Of a stretch of 64,000 nt of DNA, positions 13,075 through 26,453 are shown in pieces; within the stretch, counting starts at the first letter, position 1; each line of letters begins with the position of its first letter. Origin of the DNA: Octopus vulgaris (lineage: Eukaryota); the NCBI GenBank assembly GCA_951406725.2, contig OX597828.1:62744001-62808000 (forward strand), read 5' to 3'. Below the pieces are notes generated by a model, which did no database searches, had not been told where the DNA came from, and was given only the letters and a program-made list of their open reading frames with translations. Position numbers and translations under genes: made by a program.

Positions 13075-13109
<35 letters not shown>

Positions 13110-14954
13110 TGCTAAGGTGGCAAGCTGGCAGGATCCTTAGCTTGCCAGGCAAAATGCTTTGTGGCATTTCATCTGTCTTTGGGTTCTGAGTTCAAATTCC
13201 ACCGAGGCCGACTTTGCCTTTCATCTGTCCGGGGTCGATAAATTAAGTACCAGTGAAATACTGGGGGTCAATGTAATCAACTAGTCCCCTCCTCCAAAAT
13301 TTCAGTCCTTGTGTCTATAGTCATCATCATCATCATCATTATCCAGTGTTTTAAATCTGGGTTTTGTCCCTGTTAACGGGGGTGGCCAGATCTCCCTCAA
13401 TGCCATAGCAACCGAGCTAGGCAGGTGCAGCCCACCCCAACTTTTGGGCTGGCGGGTGCCCAGTCTCCTTTGCTATCATGAGGCTTTTTTTTGGAGCTGG
13501 ATTTTCTACGGGGAGCATGCCCTTGCTTACCCCCAACCTCCATTTCTACAAAGAGTGGTTCTGAGACCAAAGCCTCTCCCATGATTTTTAAGACATCTGG
13601 TGGAAAACTTGTTCAGGAAGGCAGGGACACTACTCTCAGAGCCCCCTCTACCATATATTAGAAAGGTTTATTATTGTTATCATTATTATTATTATTAAGG
13701 TGGTGGTGAAGTGGTAGAATGTTTTGCATGTTGGACAAAATGCTTGGTGACTTCCTTCCAAGTTCTTTATGTTCTGAGGTTAACTTTGCTTTTCATCCTT
13801 TTCAGGTCAATAAAATAAATACCAGTCGAGTGCAGGGCTCACTTCCTCCTCCCCTCAAAATTGCTGGCCTTTTTGCCAAAATTCAAGACCATTATTATCA
13901 TTATTCTTTTAACTCAAGTTTTACTGGAACTCCTGGAGTCTTGCTATACCAGCAGCCTATCGTACCATGCTACCTGTTCTTGCAACCATCAAATATTTGT
14001 TGAGGATTCCTTATTATTATTATAAGGCGGCGAGCTGGCAGAAGCGTTAGCGCGCCGGGTGAAACGCTTAACGGTATTTTGCCTGTCGCTACTTTCTGAG
14101 TTCAAATTCCGCCGAGGTTGACTTTGCCTTTCATGCTTTCGGGGTCGATAAATTAAGTACCAATTGTGTACTGGGGTCGATCTAATCGACTGGTCCACTC
14201 CCCCAAATTCCAGGCTTTGTGCCTATAGTAGAAAGGATTATTATTATTTTTAGTCCTGAGCTAGTATAATGGTCAGTGCATCAGACAAAACTGCTTAGTG
14301 GCATTTCTTCCTACTCTTTATGTTGTGAGTTCAAATACTGCTGAGGTCAACTTTGCCTATCATCCTTTGATAGTGAAGTGTTCTAGGGGGTTGATGTAAC
14401 TGACCAACCCCTCCCTGTCAAAATTTGAAACAGTTCTTTTTTTCTTATTATTCAAGGCAGAAAGGATAGCACCCATGACTTTCTGTTTTTCCAGGGTCTC
14501 CAAGAAGGTAAGAAGTTATCCTCAGACCTGAGATCTTGCCCAAATGCTTGCACAAACTAGGAAACAGATTAAGTCTCCCCCTAACCAAGATGCCAAAGGT
14601 TGGAACAAATGCAGCAGACTTCTTGCCTGATGCTAGCCATTATTCTGGTTTGCCACTATATTTTATTGACCATAAAAGATGGAAAGCAATGTTGACTTTA
14701 GGAGGAGGATTTGTAGAGAATTGGACCAAATACCACAAGGCATTTCATTTAACACTAACAATGTCACTACTCCATCATCTGAACTAGTATGATGAGAACT
14801 GGAAATAATACTGCCACACATTTTGTCAGCTGCTCTACCGATTCTACCAATCTGCTGCATGTTTGCCTGAAAATAGAAGGAAAAACGAACCATTTCATAT
14901 ACATAATCTAAGAAGATGGCACCTCACACTAAATAGAGGCAGAAAAAAGAGTTT

Positions 14955-16550
14955 TTAAATGAGGGAGAGAGTGTCTAACCCAACAAATAAAGTTAACTGC
15001 CATACAGTGGAAATCCTGATTAAGAATGAGAAAGCAACTGGACTGTTAGGTATGGTCTTAGAGATGTTTAATATCTCTGGCGAAGTGAATCTCATGCAAG
15101 TCTCCAGTGTAGACAGTGAAATAACAGAGGAAGGAGTCAAATCTAATGACCGGCTCATCTCATCTCATCTGTTGTTCACACAAAGAAAGATTTTCCAGAC
15201 AGTCACTGAATTAATTAATGTGTAAACTGATTAGGAAGAGATTCATTTATTGGGTGTCACAGATAAAAGTACTTAGCTAGAAGTAAACCTAGCTTTTGTT
15301 GACCAGGAAAAGGTCTTTGACACGGTTCTACATTCTCATGGCCTGGTGGCCATAAAGCAAAAGAAAAGTGTGGTGGTGGTGGGGAGGCAAACAAATGGTT
15401 TGTAAGAGTTTTGCAATCTATATTGAAAGGTACCATCAGGAAATTAAGAGTTAGCAAGTTCAGTGAGGAATTTAGTAGGTATGTTTGTTTATTGAAGAAT
15501 TGGTCCAAAAATATCAAGTAAAAAGTTGTTATTTTGTGAACAACAAAGTTTTTAGAAATGGCTTCAGCTCTGGAAAATTATATTAGTAAAACAGTGTCTA
15601 TAGTGACTGCTGATGGACGAATCATTGTGGGTACTTCGGAAGGTTTTGATCAGACGGTTAACTTAATCTTAGATAAAGCCATGAAAGAGTGTTTAGCTCT
15701 ACTTCTGGAGTTGAACAAGTTGTATTAGGACTATTATTGTCTTCCAAGTTGTAGCAGTGGAATTTCAAACAGGTTGTTGCTCATGGAAACAACGCCTCTA
15801 TGTTATAATCTTGGTCCCATAACTGAATCGATCAAGAATTTAGAGAACTCCCAAAGTTCGAAGCAAAACCTAGAATCAAGTGGCTTCTAAGTTAATGTAG
15901 CAAAAACTTAAGTAATGGAAGGAAAGAAAGCAGGACCCCGCTGCTATAGAAGTGACTGTGGTCAATGTGCAGAGGTTTAGGGAGAAGCTATATATGTCAA
16001 TCCTTTTGTAAGCAATAGATACATCTGAGGTGTAGTGGGATCACAGGCAAATTGACAGCATGTTTATAGACAGGGGATGGACAGGAGCCCTTCAAATACT
16101 TAAAAGGCTCTCTAGAAGTGGTTGATAGTCTTTGTTACCTAGGCGACTGAATTAGCAGGGATTTTGGAGCTAATATTATTTGGCTGCCTGTGTAAGAACA
16201 GAATGGAATAAAGTTCACATAGCTGTTTTTGTTAGCATCAAAAAGGAGTTCTCATCTCTCCGTCTCTCTCTCTCGTATCACAGATTGTATAATGCTTTTG
16301 TGCGAAGAACAATATTGCAGGATATAAAGGTGTGGGCCATGAATGCAGAAATTTCATGAAGGTGGGAAAGAAATGAGGTGAGCATGCTCCGTTGGATGGG
16401 TAAATGTTAGAGTTCGTGAATGATGGAGCATAAAGCACTTTATATGAAAGGGATTGGATGTAGAATTTTAAAGAGAAAACTACACTGGTAAGGGATGTAA
16501 AGTGAATGGAGGACGCCTGGTGTATAAAAAGTGCTGAGTGGGGGAAACGT
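14955..16550 (+). mobile_element. Old, degraded RTE-clade LINE fragment (RT region) interrupted by the LSM8 insert
   Basis: Degenerate but colinear with the LINE at 29118-31094 (equivalents of EMLKISG, EKAFD, EEFKTGC, EVVDSF.YLGD and the 3' end). Confidence 0.75.
15558..15740 (+). pseudogene. LSM8: Intronless, 3'-truncated LSM8 (U6 snRNP Sm-like protein) pseudogene
   Basis: MASALENYISKTVSIVTADGRIIVGTSEGFDQTVNLILD, then a 1-nt deletion near 15675, then SHERVFSSTSGVEQVVLGL. Very close to the metazoan LSm8 N-terminus; C-terminus and poly(A) are absent. Confidence 0.9.
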
Positions 16551-17579
16551 AATAATAATTGTTTATAAAACTGCTATAGAAATACATTTACAAAAGTAAA
16601 AGGATAATAATTCAGTAAAGTGAGCAATAAATAACTTAAAAGGTATAACAAACTTGCGCCGTTTTGTAGCAGACCAGCGAATACTTGGATATCTCTGGAT
16701 TAAGTTTATCAGACAACATGAAACAACTATCGAGTGAGGGCAAGGCTGAAGCGCAAGAACAACCAAGTACCCACATGATATTTCGGTGAGACGGGGGGAC
16801 ACCAATGATTTCTTTGCTGCTGTCAGCGGCTCAGATCTCTCGAATGCCACAAGGTTAAAAACTAAGCATCAAAAAATTACCGTGTTTTTGTGAATGTTTC
16901 ATTTAATTAACCTCCAACTCTGCCACAAGTTTAAAGATGTGTGATGGAGACAAAGAGTGACATGTCATACAAAACATTTGCACTCTAAACTGAGGAGTAT
17001 AAGTCCATTGGGCCTTTTGTCACAGTCCCAAAACAGCCTGAACAATTCCATTGACTTCAAAATCATGGGGGATTTTTTCTTTTCTACTATAAGCACAAAA
17101 ACTGAAATTTGGGGGGGGGGGGGGTAGTCGATTTCATCGACCCTAGTGCGTAACTGGTACTTATTTCATCGACCCTGAAAGAAGGAAAGGCCAAGTCGAC
17201 CTCGGCGAAATTTGAACTCAGAACGTTAGCAATGGGCGAAATACTGCTAAGCATTTCGTCCAGTGAGCTAACGATTCTGCCAGCTCGCCACCTTAAAATC
17301 GTGGGGATTTTTTTTATCCTGTCGAGGGCTCGTTTTATTTTTAGGTTTATCTCGTTGGGGTAAGATATGAAACTCAAAGAGAGTAAGGCTCTGCAGTGTC
17401 TGCAACAATTTTGTCAATAGAATAGGGAGAGTTTGTTAAGTTCAATAGTCTTGTGGAGGGAAGAATTTAATATTTTAAGAGTTCTGGAGAGAGAGGGGGA
17501 GACAGGGGAGGAAGGAAAAGAAGCAGGATCGTTACTTGAGTTCTAGTTAAGTATAATTAATAGCTTAGTTAACTAGAGA

Positions 17580-18991
17580 CTCGGGGAAAATGTTGATTAA
17601 AATGCAAAAGTTGGTGGAGCCACTGTCCGAAACTCCGCCCATTTATTTTATTTCTTTATCTCTTTCGTCCGTCATCCGGTTTCACACCATCGCCTGCTTC
17701 CTGGCTGTCTTTAAAACAGAATCCGACCAGTTGCGAGTATTCGGACCGGGATGATAGCTTCCTCTCCCCTCACCCACTAAGACACAGAACAGAAACCCTG
17801 GAAAAGATCGAAGCCATTACTCTTCTTCGTCATTGCTTCTTTCTGCACTTCTGTCTTTCTTTACTTGACATATTGCTCTGCTCTCTCACTTTCTCTCTCC
17901 GATGAATTTTTGTGCATCTGATCGCTGTTTACTATAAGCACATAAAGAAAACAAAACCATTATCAATCAGATCAGCGAGTTGATTGAATCGTCAGAACGT
18001 CAGAAAATGTCTCGTAGCGTTTGTTCTGATTCTGTGTATTCTTAGTTCAAATCCCGCCAGTGTCCAATTTACCTTTCACTCCTCCAGGGTCGATAAAATA
18101 AAGTATTGAGATCGATGCTATCGACTAACTCCTCCCCTCAAAAATTGCTGCCCTTGTCTCTCGACACGCAACTTGAGCGACCTTTATTTTTAATTCAACA
18201 GCTCTACCACATTGAAGGCGACGGACTAGAGAGTCGTTAGCTCGCCGAACCAAATGCTCAGCGGCATTTCGTCCGTTTTTAAATTTTGAGTTCAGATGCC
18301 GTCAAGGTGAACTTTGCCTTTCATCATTTCCGGAGCGATAAAATAAGCACCAGTTGAGTACTGGGTCGATGTAATCGGCTTACCTCTCCTCCAAAAACTG
18401 CTGGCCTTGTGCCAAAATTAGAAACCAAATATTTTTACCGCCTGTAGCAAAAAAAAAAAAAAAAGGATCACCCGTGACTTTCAGAAACACTTTATCACAC
18501 TCAAAATTGTCGAAGCGTAGAATAAACTACCCACATCAGTTAACTGTCAGGACACTGCATCCTTCTAAAATTCATACTTCCTGAAATTCTTCAACACTAC
18601 TCCAAGCATGCCTATCCACCCTTTCCTCTTTGCGGCCCTTTTAATGTTCTCTTTTCTGTCCTATTCTCTCCCAGTATAAAGCATGCTGTCTATCTTTACT
18701 TGTCTTACGCCAGCCTTTTGTCCCCTGGCAGTTACTTTTAGTTTGTCAGAGTAAGATAAACGAGTTGCTGTTATTACGAACCATTTAAAAATACAGAGAT
18801 GACGTTATGCAAAAAAAGTGCGCGAAATGCAAGCAGCTACAACAAGCCATAACAAATCGATAATAAGCTACAGGTCGATAACGAGGCTGAATGTGGTGAA
18901 ATATGGATTAGTTGTGTCGTCTTGCTGTATCTGGACTTTAATTAAAGGGGCACCTGTTCTCGCATCGACTCCAGCTGTATCACTTTGTTAG
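17580..18991 (+). promoter_or_regulatory. Probable KLHL12 promoter region and non-coding first exon ending at the donor ag|gtaagc (18991)
   Basis: Locally CpG-rich; GC box ccgccc at 17635-17640; CRE half-site TGACGT at 18800; E2F-type GCGCGAAA at 18820. The strong donor lies upstream of the KLHL12 acceptor at 25673, which needs an upstream exon. Confidence 0.5.
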
Positions 18992-20073
18992 GTAAGCATG
19001 CAACATCATTGCACCAGCAACATCTCTCTCTAGCTCTCATCTTACGTCGTTGCCACTCTGCATATGTTTTTCTTCCTTCGTAGACATTGCATTTATAAAT
19101 AAACTGCATACATCTATGTTGCTATGCATTCTTTCGTTGCTTGCATTGTATGTAATTAAGATCGCTTCGCTAATTGCAGTTATCTTTTCAGTATATATAT
19201 ATATATATATATATATAGACAAAAAAAAAGCAGGAAGGAAAATATTAAATATGAAATAATAATATTAATGATTAATAGCAACAGTAACAATAACAAACAA
19301 TAATAATAATATTAATAATAATAATAATAATAATTCTTTATTATTCACACCAACGTCATCGTTGGGTTACAATAGCAGAGACGGGTTCTGGCGATGTATA
19401 TACATACATTTATGGTATGTGCGTGCGTGCGTGCAAGAGAATGATGATTCAACATTACCCCTCTTTTGGTCGTTACTCGCAGATTCTTGCACGATTCGAT
19501 CATCATATTGTCAACTGAAGGATCGCAATGAGCGAGACAGTCTTGAGTTGCAAACAAGTAAACCACCAGCTTCGTTCAAATACGCTTTATACAACATTTA
19601 CTGAACACTATTTGCAGTTGGCAATCAAAAAAAATGTTGATGTGTATGCATGGGTGTATGTATGCATGTATGCATGCGTGTATGTATGCATGTATGCTAT
19701 CTTTAGTATGCACATATGTATGGATATATGTGTATGTCTGTTTTGTGTATAGACATACGTGCATATATATATATATCTATATGTCAATGCATGTGTCTAC
19801 ATATATGTATATGCATTGTGTTAAAACGTGAATCCCTACACATATTTTTCACTCTCTGTTTTTTTTTCGTTCTTTCTCCATTTTCCCCCTCTCTCAACCG
19901 TTTCTGTCGAAGAGCGCAGGCTCGAAACGTCAATGACTTTGCCATTCTTCCCGAACGTCAAACTAATACACCTGCTTCTTCCATCACCCATCTTCGTCTT
20001 TTGTTTTTCTATAAATTTGAAATATATATGTATCTGTGTGTGTGTGTGTGTATCGTATGTATATATACATATA

Positions 20074-20122
<49 letters not shown>

Positions 20123-20164
20123 GCATGCATGCATATGTGTGTGTCTGTGTGTGCATACATGGAA

Positions 20165-21200
20165 ACTGCAGCATTGGGACCTCCTTCAGTCTTTCCACTG
20201 CAAAGGGACCGTCTACTTTTTACTTTGTTAGCTCATCAGGCTTCAGTTGTAGCACTGCTCAAAGAGGACGGTCTGAGCTTACATCTGTACCCCTACATAC
20301 TTTGACGTCTAGTTTTTGAGCATCATGTTGTGCCGATGCAGATGTAGCCGAATTCATTCCATCTGGGGAACACAAGGTCATCTTGTGAATGCAAAAGTGA
20401 GCAAAGAAGCTGTTACCAACGCAAAAAAAAACAAAAAAACTAGGAATTGTTCTCTGTTGCCTGTCTCCTGGTTACATGGGGTCCTTTCATATGTTCAAAA
20501 TCAGTTTTGATGCTATCCTATTTTGCATTCCGATCCCCCATGACCAGCTTGATATCATAACTGGTAACTTCACTGTATGAGTCCTGCAGTTGTTCATGAA
20601 ACACACCCTTGTTAGCCCCCCCCCCCTGCATCTTTAATTGGTGAATACTCTTGGATCACTGTTGCTTTTCAGAATCAAGTCTTTTAATTGAGCTGTTAGA
20701 ATTCGGTCACTCACAGCTCTCCACCCTATTGGAGCTTTTGCAGCCTTAATGCCAAGTATCAGCCCTGCATTGTGAATGCGTTGGTGTTTGTAGCCAGATC
20801 ACAAAATCATTTTATTCTCACTGCAGATCCTTCTGCTTTCAGTCCCACACATTTCACTTACTCTCAGTATATCCAGTCAATAGAAGTCAAATTCAGCTGG
20901 ACCAATGTTCCAGATGGCAATATGAGTCTTTTGTTTGATGCTCAGAATCAGTTCTCCATCAGGAGCTGGGCAACCTTATGGCTTTGCCCTGGTCTTGTTA
21001 TAACTTGGGGTGAGCCTTTCTCTTCATGCTGGGTGTTCTTGGCGATTTTTCTTCTTGTTTCTGAAGCAATTGTAGTCCCCTCCTCAGCTGAGGGTTTTCC
21101 TCAATGGTTCTGCTGACCACCGTCCTCCTCCTGCCTCTCCATGAAGGAGCTCCATTTTGTTATCAGTGAACTGAAACTTAACTGATCATGTGACAAAGTT
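20165..21200 (-). mobile_element. Degraded RTE-type LINE 5' part (AP endonuclease)
   Basis: Remnants LDILRVSE, FHEQLQDSYSEVTSYDIKLVMGDRNAKIG and VGNSFFAHFCIHKMTLCSPDG. Confidence 0.75.
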
Positions 21201-21669
21201 CAACATCATTTCATTGTACAAACAGATCTGTCAAGTGTGTCTGTGTGGTAAGAAGTTTGCTTCCCAACTACATGGTTGTGAGTTCAATGCTACTGCATGG
21301 CACCTTCTGCTATAGCCCTGAGCTGACCAGAGCCTTACGAGTGGATTTGGTGAACAGAAACTAAAGAAGCCTGTTATATGTATGTGTGTGTGTGTGTGTG
21401 TCTCCTGACCACTGCTTCACAACCAGTGTTGGTTTGTTTATGTCCCTGTAACTTAGTGGCTCAGCATAAGATTAAAAAAAAATAAATACCAAACTTATGA
21501 AAAAAATAAGTGCTGGGGTTGATTTGCTTGACTAAAACCCTTCAAGGCTGTGCTCCAGCATGACCACAGTCCAATGACTGAAACAAGTAAAAGATGAAAC
21601 AATAAATCTTTCCTTTCTTTGGTATTTTCCATGACACAGGTGTCACTAGTGCATGGAAATATCTAATAA

Positions 21670-21830
21670 AGGTACATACTGGATGAGGTATATATTGCAT
21701 GATGTACATGTTAGTCCATAATTGAGGTACATACTGGATGAGGTACATGCTAGTCCATAACTGAAGTACATGTTGGATGAGGTACCATAACTAAGGTACG
21801 TGTTGGATGAGTCCATAACTGAGGTACATG
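21670..21830. repeat. Short imperfect minisatellite
   Basis: Reiterated gtccataactgaggtacat and ctggatgag units. Confidence 0.7.
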
Positions 21831-22096
21831 AAAATATGGATAATAAACCACAGGGTGCAAGTTTTTGCTAAATATGTGAATAGGTAGAGGCATGGCTGTG
21901 TGGTTAAAAAGTTTACTTGTCAAGTACAGAGTTCAAGGTTCCGTCCCACTGCATGGTACCTTAGACAAGTTTCTTCTACTACAACTCTGAGCTGACCAAA
22001 GGATGATAGATGGAAACAGAAAGAGGCCTGTCATGTATACATGCATATACACACACACATGCAATAGGTGAAAAGACATTAGCATAAATATAGTGT

Positions 22097-22810
22097 GTCA
22101 TCATCATCATCATCATTGTTTAACGTCCGCTTTCCATGCTCACATGGGTGCGAACCAGATGGCTGCACCAGGCTCCAATCTGATCTGGCAGAGTTCCTAC
22201 AGCTGGATGCCCTTCCTAACACCAGCCACTCCGAGAGTGTAGTGGGTGCTTTTACGTGCCACCTGCACACGAGCCAGTCCAGCAGAACTGGTGACAACCT
22301 TGCTCGAATGTTTTTCACGTGCCAGAAAGGTGACGCTGGTAATGATCACGCTTGAATGCTGCTTTTTACGTGCCACTGGCACGGAAGCCAGTTAGCTGCT
22401 CTGGCAATGATCACGCTCGGATATTGCTCTTAGCGCTCCACGAGCATGGATGCCAGTCATCAGATTTGATTTCGATTTCACTTGCCTCAACAGGTCTTCG
22501 CAAGCAGAGTTTAGTGTCCAATGAAGGAAAGGTATGCATAAGTGGGCTGGTTACACCCCTGGCATAGGCCACAAGGTTATGGTCTCACTTGGCTTGCCAG
22601 GTCTTCTCACGCACAGCAGTCACAAGTCATTGCCTCGTTGAGGCCTAATGTTCGATGGTCGTGCTTCACCACTTTATCCCAGGTCATCCTGGGTCTACCT
22701 CTTCCACAGGTTCCCTCAACCGCCAGGGTGTGGCACTTTTTCACACAGCTATCCTCATTCATTCTCGCCACTTGACCATACTAGCGCAGTCGTCTCTCTT
22801 GCACACCACA
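22097..22810 (-). mobile_element. RTE 3' fragment (ORF end, 3' UTR with about 3 array units, (GAT)n tail)
   Basis: Reverse-complement similarity to 30860-32537. Confidence 0.85.
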
Positions 22811-24347
22811 CGCATATATGTGTGTGTGTGTCGCCAGCTGTTTTCAATCTCCATGTGCATTACTGGTGGGAAAGGCATGAATGCCACACTTCACAGTCCA
22901 ATAGCTCACTTATTAACTGAAATACATATCACAAAATATAAACAGTCTTTGCACAAAAGACAGTCCTCTACAAAAGTTGCAACACATGAGCAGTGTTGTT
23001 TTTGTTTTTGTCACTTCTGTCGACAAATCAGCCTTCAAAAATGTGTGGAATAAGAGATCCTTGAAAACCCACCTAGAGTTAGCAATGCAAAGGGCACCTA
23101 GCTGTAAAACAGTGCCTCAATAATATAGTCATCTAACCCATGCTACCATGAGAAAATGAACGTAAATGCAAAGGGGACATTTGGTGAAAGGGGCCACTGG
23201 ATTAGTAAAGAGTTCAGAACCAGGGGAGCACACAATCGATTGTTGTATTATTGGTATTGTCCCTTCATATTTACGGTGTTGGTTTTTGTTATTCAGCTTC
23301 AAATCAAAGACATTCCAGCTGTGACCATCCTGTTTTCACTTAAAAATATTGTGTTTAGGATTGCATTTCCATCCAGTGTGTACTTCCTTTCTTTTCAGAT
23401 GTCAGAGGGTTGATTTGAAGGAGATTTGATTACTACTTCTAGCAGGTTTAGTGGCCTCTGTGTATATAGTCTTATACTTGTTTCAGTCAATGGACTGAAA
23501 TGAGGCCCTACTGGAGCGCTTCCTTGCAGGGTTTAATTCATTAAATTGACCCTGGTACTTATTTTAAGGTTGGTACTTATTCTGTTGGCCCCTATTTTGT
23601 ATTTACTGTTAAGGGATGTAAAGAAACGAACACTGGTTGTCATGTTGTGGTGGTGGGGACAAACATTAACTTATGTACCTTTGTATGTACATCCATGCCT
23701 CCATCCATCCATGCATGAATGGATGATGGCTGCAAATTGATTCGAAGCAATGCCATTGTTTGATTGTTTTCTCAAAGCATCATGGATCTGGCTTTTCAGT
23801 CATGCCACAAACCAACCCTCTTTTGCACAGATCTGGCAATGATGGGCACCTCTTGCAGTAGCTGTTCAGAGAGTTGACACTTGGCTTTATTCCATCATGG
23901 AATTTTTCATTGCCTTTTTCGCTTATGGCCAGCCGTAGTATAGAGATGTCAAGTGACACCTACAGCTGACACATTTTAAGGTGAAGATAGGCTTTGCACT
24001 GGGTCAGTTCCACTCACATTCACCCAAAAAGAAGAAATAGTCTACATCATTGGATGCAAATGAAGTCACAGGTGTTTTATTAGTTTTCCTTCTCCAAGAA
24101 AAAAAAATGTCTAAACAAAAACTAGTGGTTTCTCACTCCCAGCTTTTGGACGACTGTTAATGAGTTCATCTCCAACTTTTAACAAGTTTTGTTTTTTTGT
24201 TTTTTAGTCACAGATGGCCTGACCGTGCAACAGGTTGTGCTGAGTTACTTGTTACCAAAGACAGTAAAAGTGACGGCACATGATGCACATATACATACTT
24301 CCATGCATGCATGCATACTTATGTATTTATATATATATATGTATATA

Positions 24348-25504
24348 CTAGACTACCTGTGACCCCAAAATCTGAGTTTCCCAGCAACAGAGTTTTGTTT
24401 CATGGGTTTTATTTTTCCTTTTCCAGCTTATTTTGCATATTTTCAATGAATGTGACATCAAAATCACGTGTAAACGGCTCCTTTCCCTGGAAAAGGAAAG
24501 ATTTGGCTGCTATTTCTTGCACGCCCTGCTGTCATTTAACAGGTATTTCGGATCCTTTATTGCAAATAGCTGCTACATGGTAGCAGGGTGTGCTAGAAAT
24601 AGCAACCAAATCTTTGGATGTGAGATACGTTGAATGCATTTGAAAAAAACCTATGGAAAAAAACTATTTCACTCTGAGGTCACTAATGGGTCTTTTATGA
24701 AATATTTACTGTATTTTTAAAGTCTTTTTCACTTTAGAATATTTTTTAAATATCCACCCACCAAATTTTTGTAATGGTATTGACTAAGGTGGCGAGCTGG
24801 CAGAAACGTTAGCACGCCGGGCGAAATGCTTAGCGGTATTTCGTCTGCGTTACGTTGTGAGTTCAAATTCCGCCGAGGTCGACTTTGCCTTTCATCCTTT
24901 CGGGGTCGATAAATTAAGTACCAGTTACGCACTGGGGTCGATGTAATCGACTTAATACCTATGTCTGTCCTTGTTTGTCCCCTCTGTGTTTAGCCCCTTG
25001 TGGGTAATAAAGAAATAGGTATTGACTTGAAAATAATTTTAAAAAACATAAAAATATTGTCCGTTTAAAGAAAGCTAAAATATAAATACTTACTGTACAG
25101 ACAATGTGATTTTTGAAATCACATTCACTTAAAAATATTTCTAAATGATTAGAATATTGTGTTTAACAAAAGCGAAAATAGAAACATTTACTGTAAAAAA
25201 AAAAATCCGTATTTTTTCCTTGTCAACTTACTGTGTTTAGACAGAAATGTTATTGTTTCTTCCCTTTCAGAATGAAGATTATTTACGGAACATTTCCCCA
25301 TTAAGCACCGTTTGGGGTATTTATACTTCATAAACTCTAATATCTCGAAAACCACTTTACTGATTTACATGAAGCTTGTTTCATCCTGTTCATATTAACA
25401 TTTCAGGGTAAACTTAATTCATAGTATTTTCCCATTATGCATCAGTTACACTAAGTAACATTGCAAGCAAGCAAGATTTAATCTGACTTTTAATAATATA
25501 TAGA
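24348..25504 (-). mobile_element. Possible Helitron-like element with nested SINEs
   Basis: Minus-strand 5' end a|TCTATATATTATTAAAAG and 3' end ...gtCTAG|t. That the two ends belong to one element is not proven. Confidence 0.4.
24787..25020 (+). mobile_element. tRNA-derived SINE with a Meta/Sauria-type core; many copies (e.g. 5190-5870, 12693-13320, 14024-14240, 17085-17295, 18215-18430, 53565-53770)
   Basis: A/B-box-like head gagctggcagaa..gagttcaaattcc; core gcctttcatcctttcggggtcgataaattaagtacc. Confidence 0.85.
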
Positions 25505-25748
25505 TATATATATATGTATATGTATACACGGGTGCATATATTTACATACATGCATACATAAACACATATAATCAACAGATTCTCAATAAATCCCAACTTT
25601 TTTTGCTCCTGATTCTTTAATCATTGGGTTTTTTTTTTATTTATTTCTTTTCTTCTCTCCTGCTTTTTTGCAGGTTTACTCTTCATCCACAGCTCTTTGA
25701 TGAACTGAGTACCAAGCGCTGCTCCAGCAGTTTCTGCTTTCTCGCACC

Positions 25749-25949
25749 ATGGCTTATCTTGAAGAGGAGCAGGCCAGCGAGGTGTTTACAAACTGCCATG
25801 CTAAATCTCTGCTGACCACAATGAATTTACTGCGTAAAACAAGGGTCCTGTGTGATGTCACTTTACATGTGGGTGGAATGGACTTCCCAGTCCACAGGAT
25901 AGTGTTGGCAGCTTGCAGTGATTACTTCTGTGCCATGTTCACCAATGAG
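25749..25949 (+). CDS. KLHL12: Kelch-like protein 12 (Cul3 adaptor), coding exon 1, BTB N-part; the exon itself starts at 25674
   Basis: ttttttgcag| acceptor at 25673, ATG at 25749, |gtgaga donor. Encodes [51 protein letters not shown]. Confidence 0.93.
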
Positions 25950-26453
25950 GTGAGAACTCTTTCAGTCTCTGCTGTCAGCTTTGTGAGTTAGCTGCAGCTC
26001 AGAACTGATGTTTTCATTTTCTCATCCCTTTAGTTACCATATTCATAATGATATTCGTTCACAGTGATTGATTAAAAAGTTTAACTCCCAGCTATGTGGT
26101 TTTGAGTTCAATCCCACTGAGTGGAACATTGGGCAAGTGACCTTTACTACAGTCCCAGGATGACCAAAGTCATCTGGTAGAAACTGAAACTGATGGTCGT
26201 AAATGAGTGTCACTGTCATGTAAGCAGTGTCGTTCATTTTTGATCTCTTGTGGAAAGATGTATCCTGTTGTAGGAGTAAAATATTGCCTTGCTTGGAAGA
26301 TGGTGAGGTTTGATGACAGGAAAGGCATCTGGTTGTAGAAAATCTGCCTCAGTGAATTCTGTCTGATCCATGAAAGCATGGAAAAGTGGATATTAAACAG
26401 ATGAGAGGTTGATGTTTTCTATTAATTAAACAAAATTACAAATAAATGTTTAA

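Noticed and set aside
15558-15740. Functional LSM8 gene
   Set aside because: It has a frameshift, lacks the C-terminal third, and has no splice donor leading to a further exon.
19528-20319. YIYI, CVCV, ERER and THTH ORFs here and throughout the window
   Set aside because: They are translations of (TA)n, (TG)n and (GA)n microsatellites.
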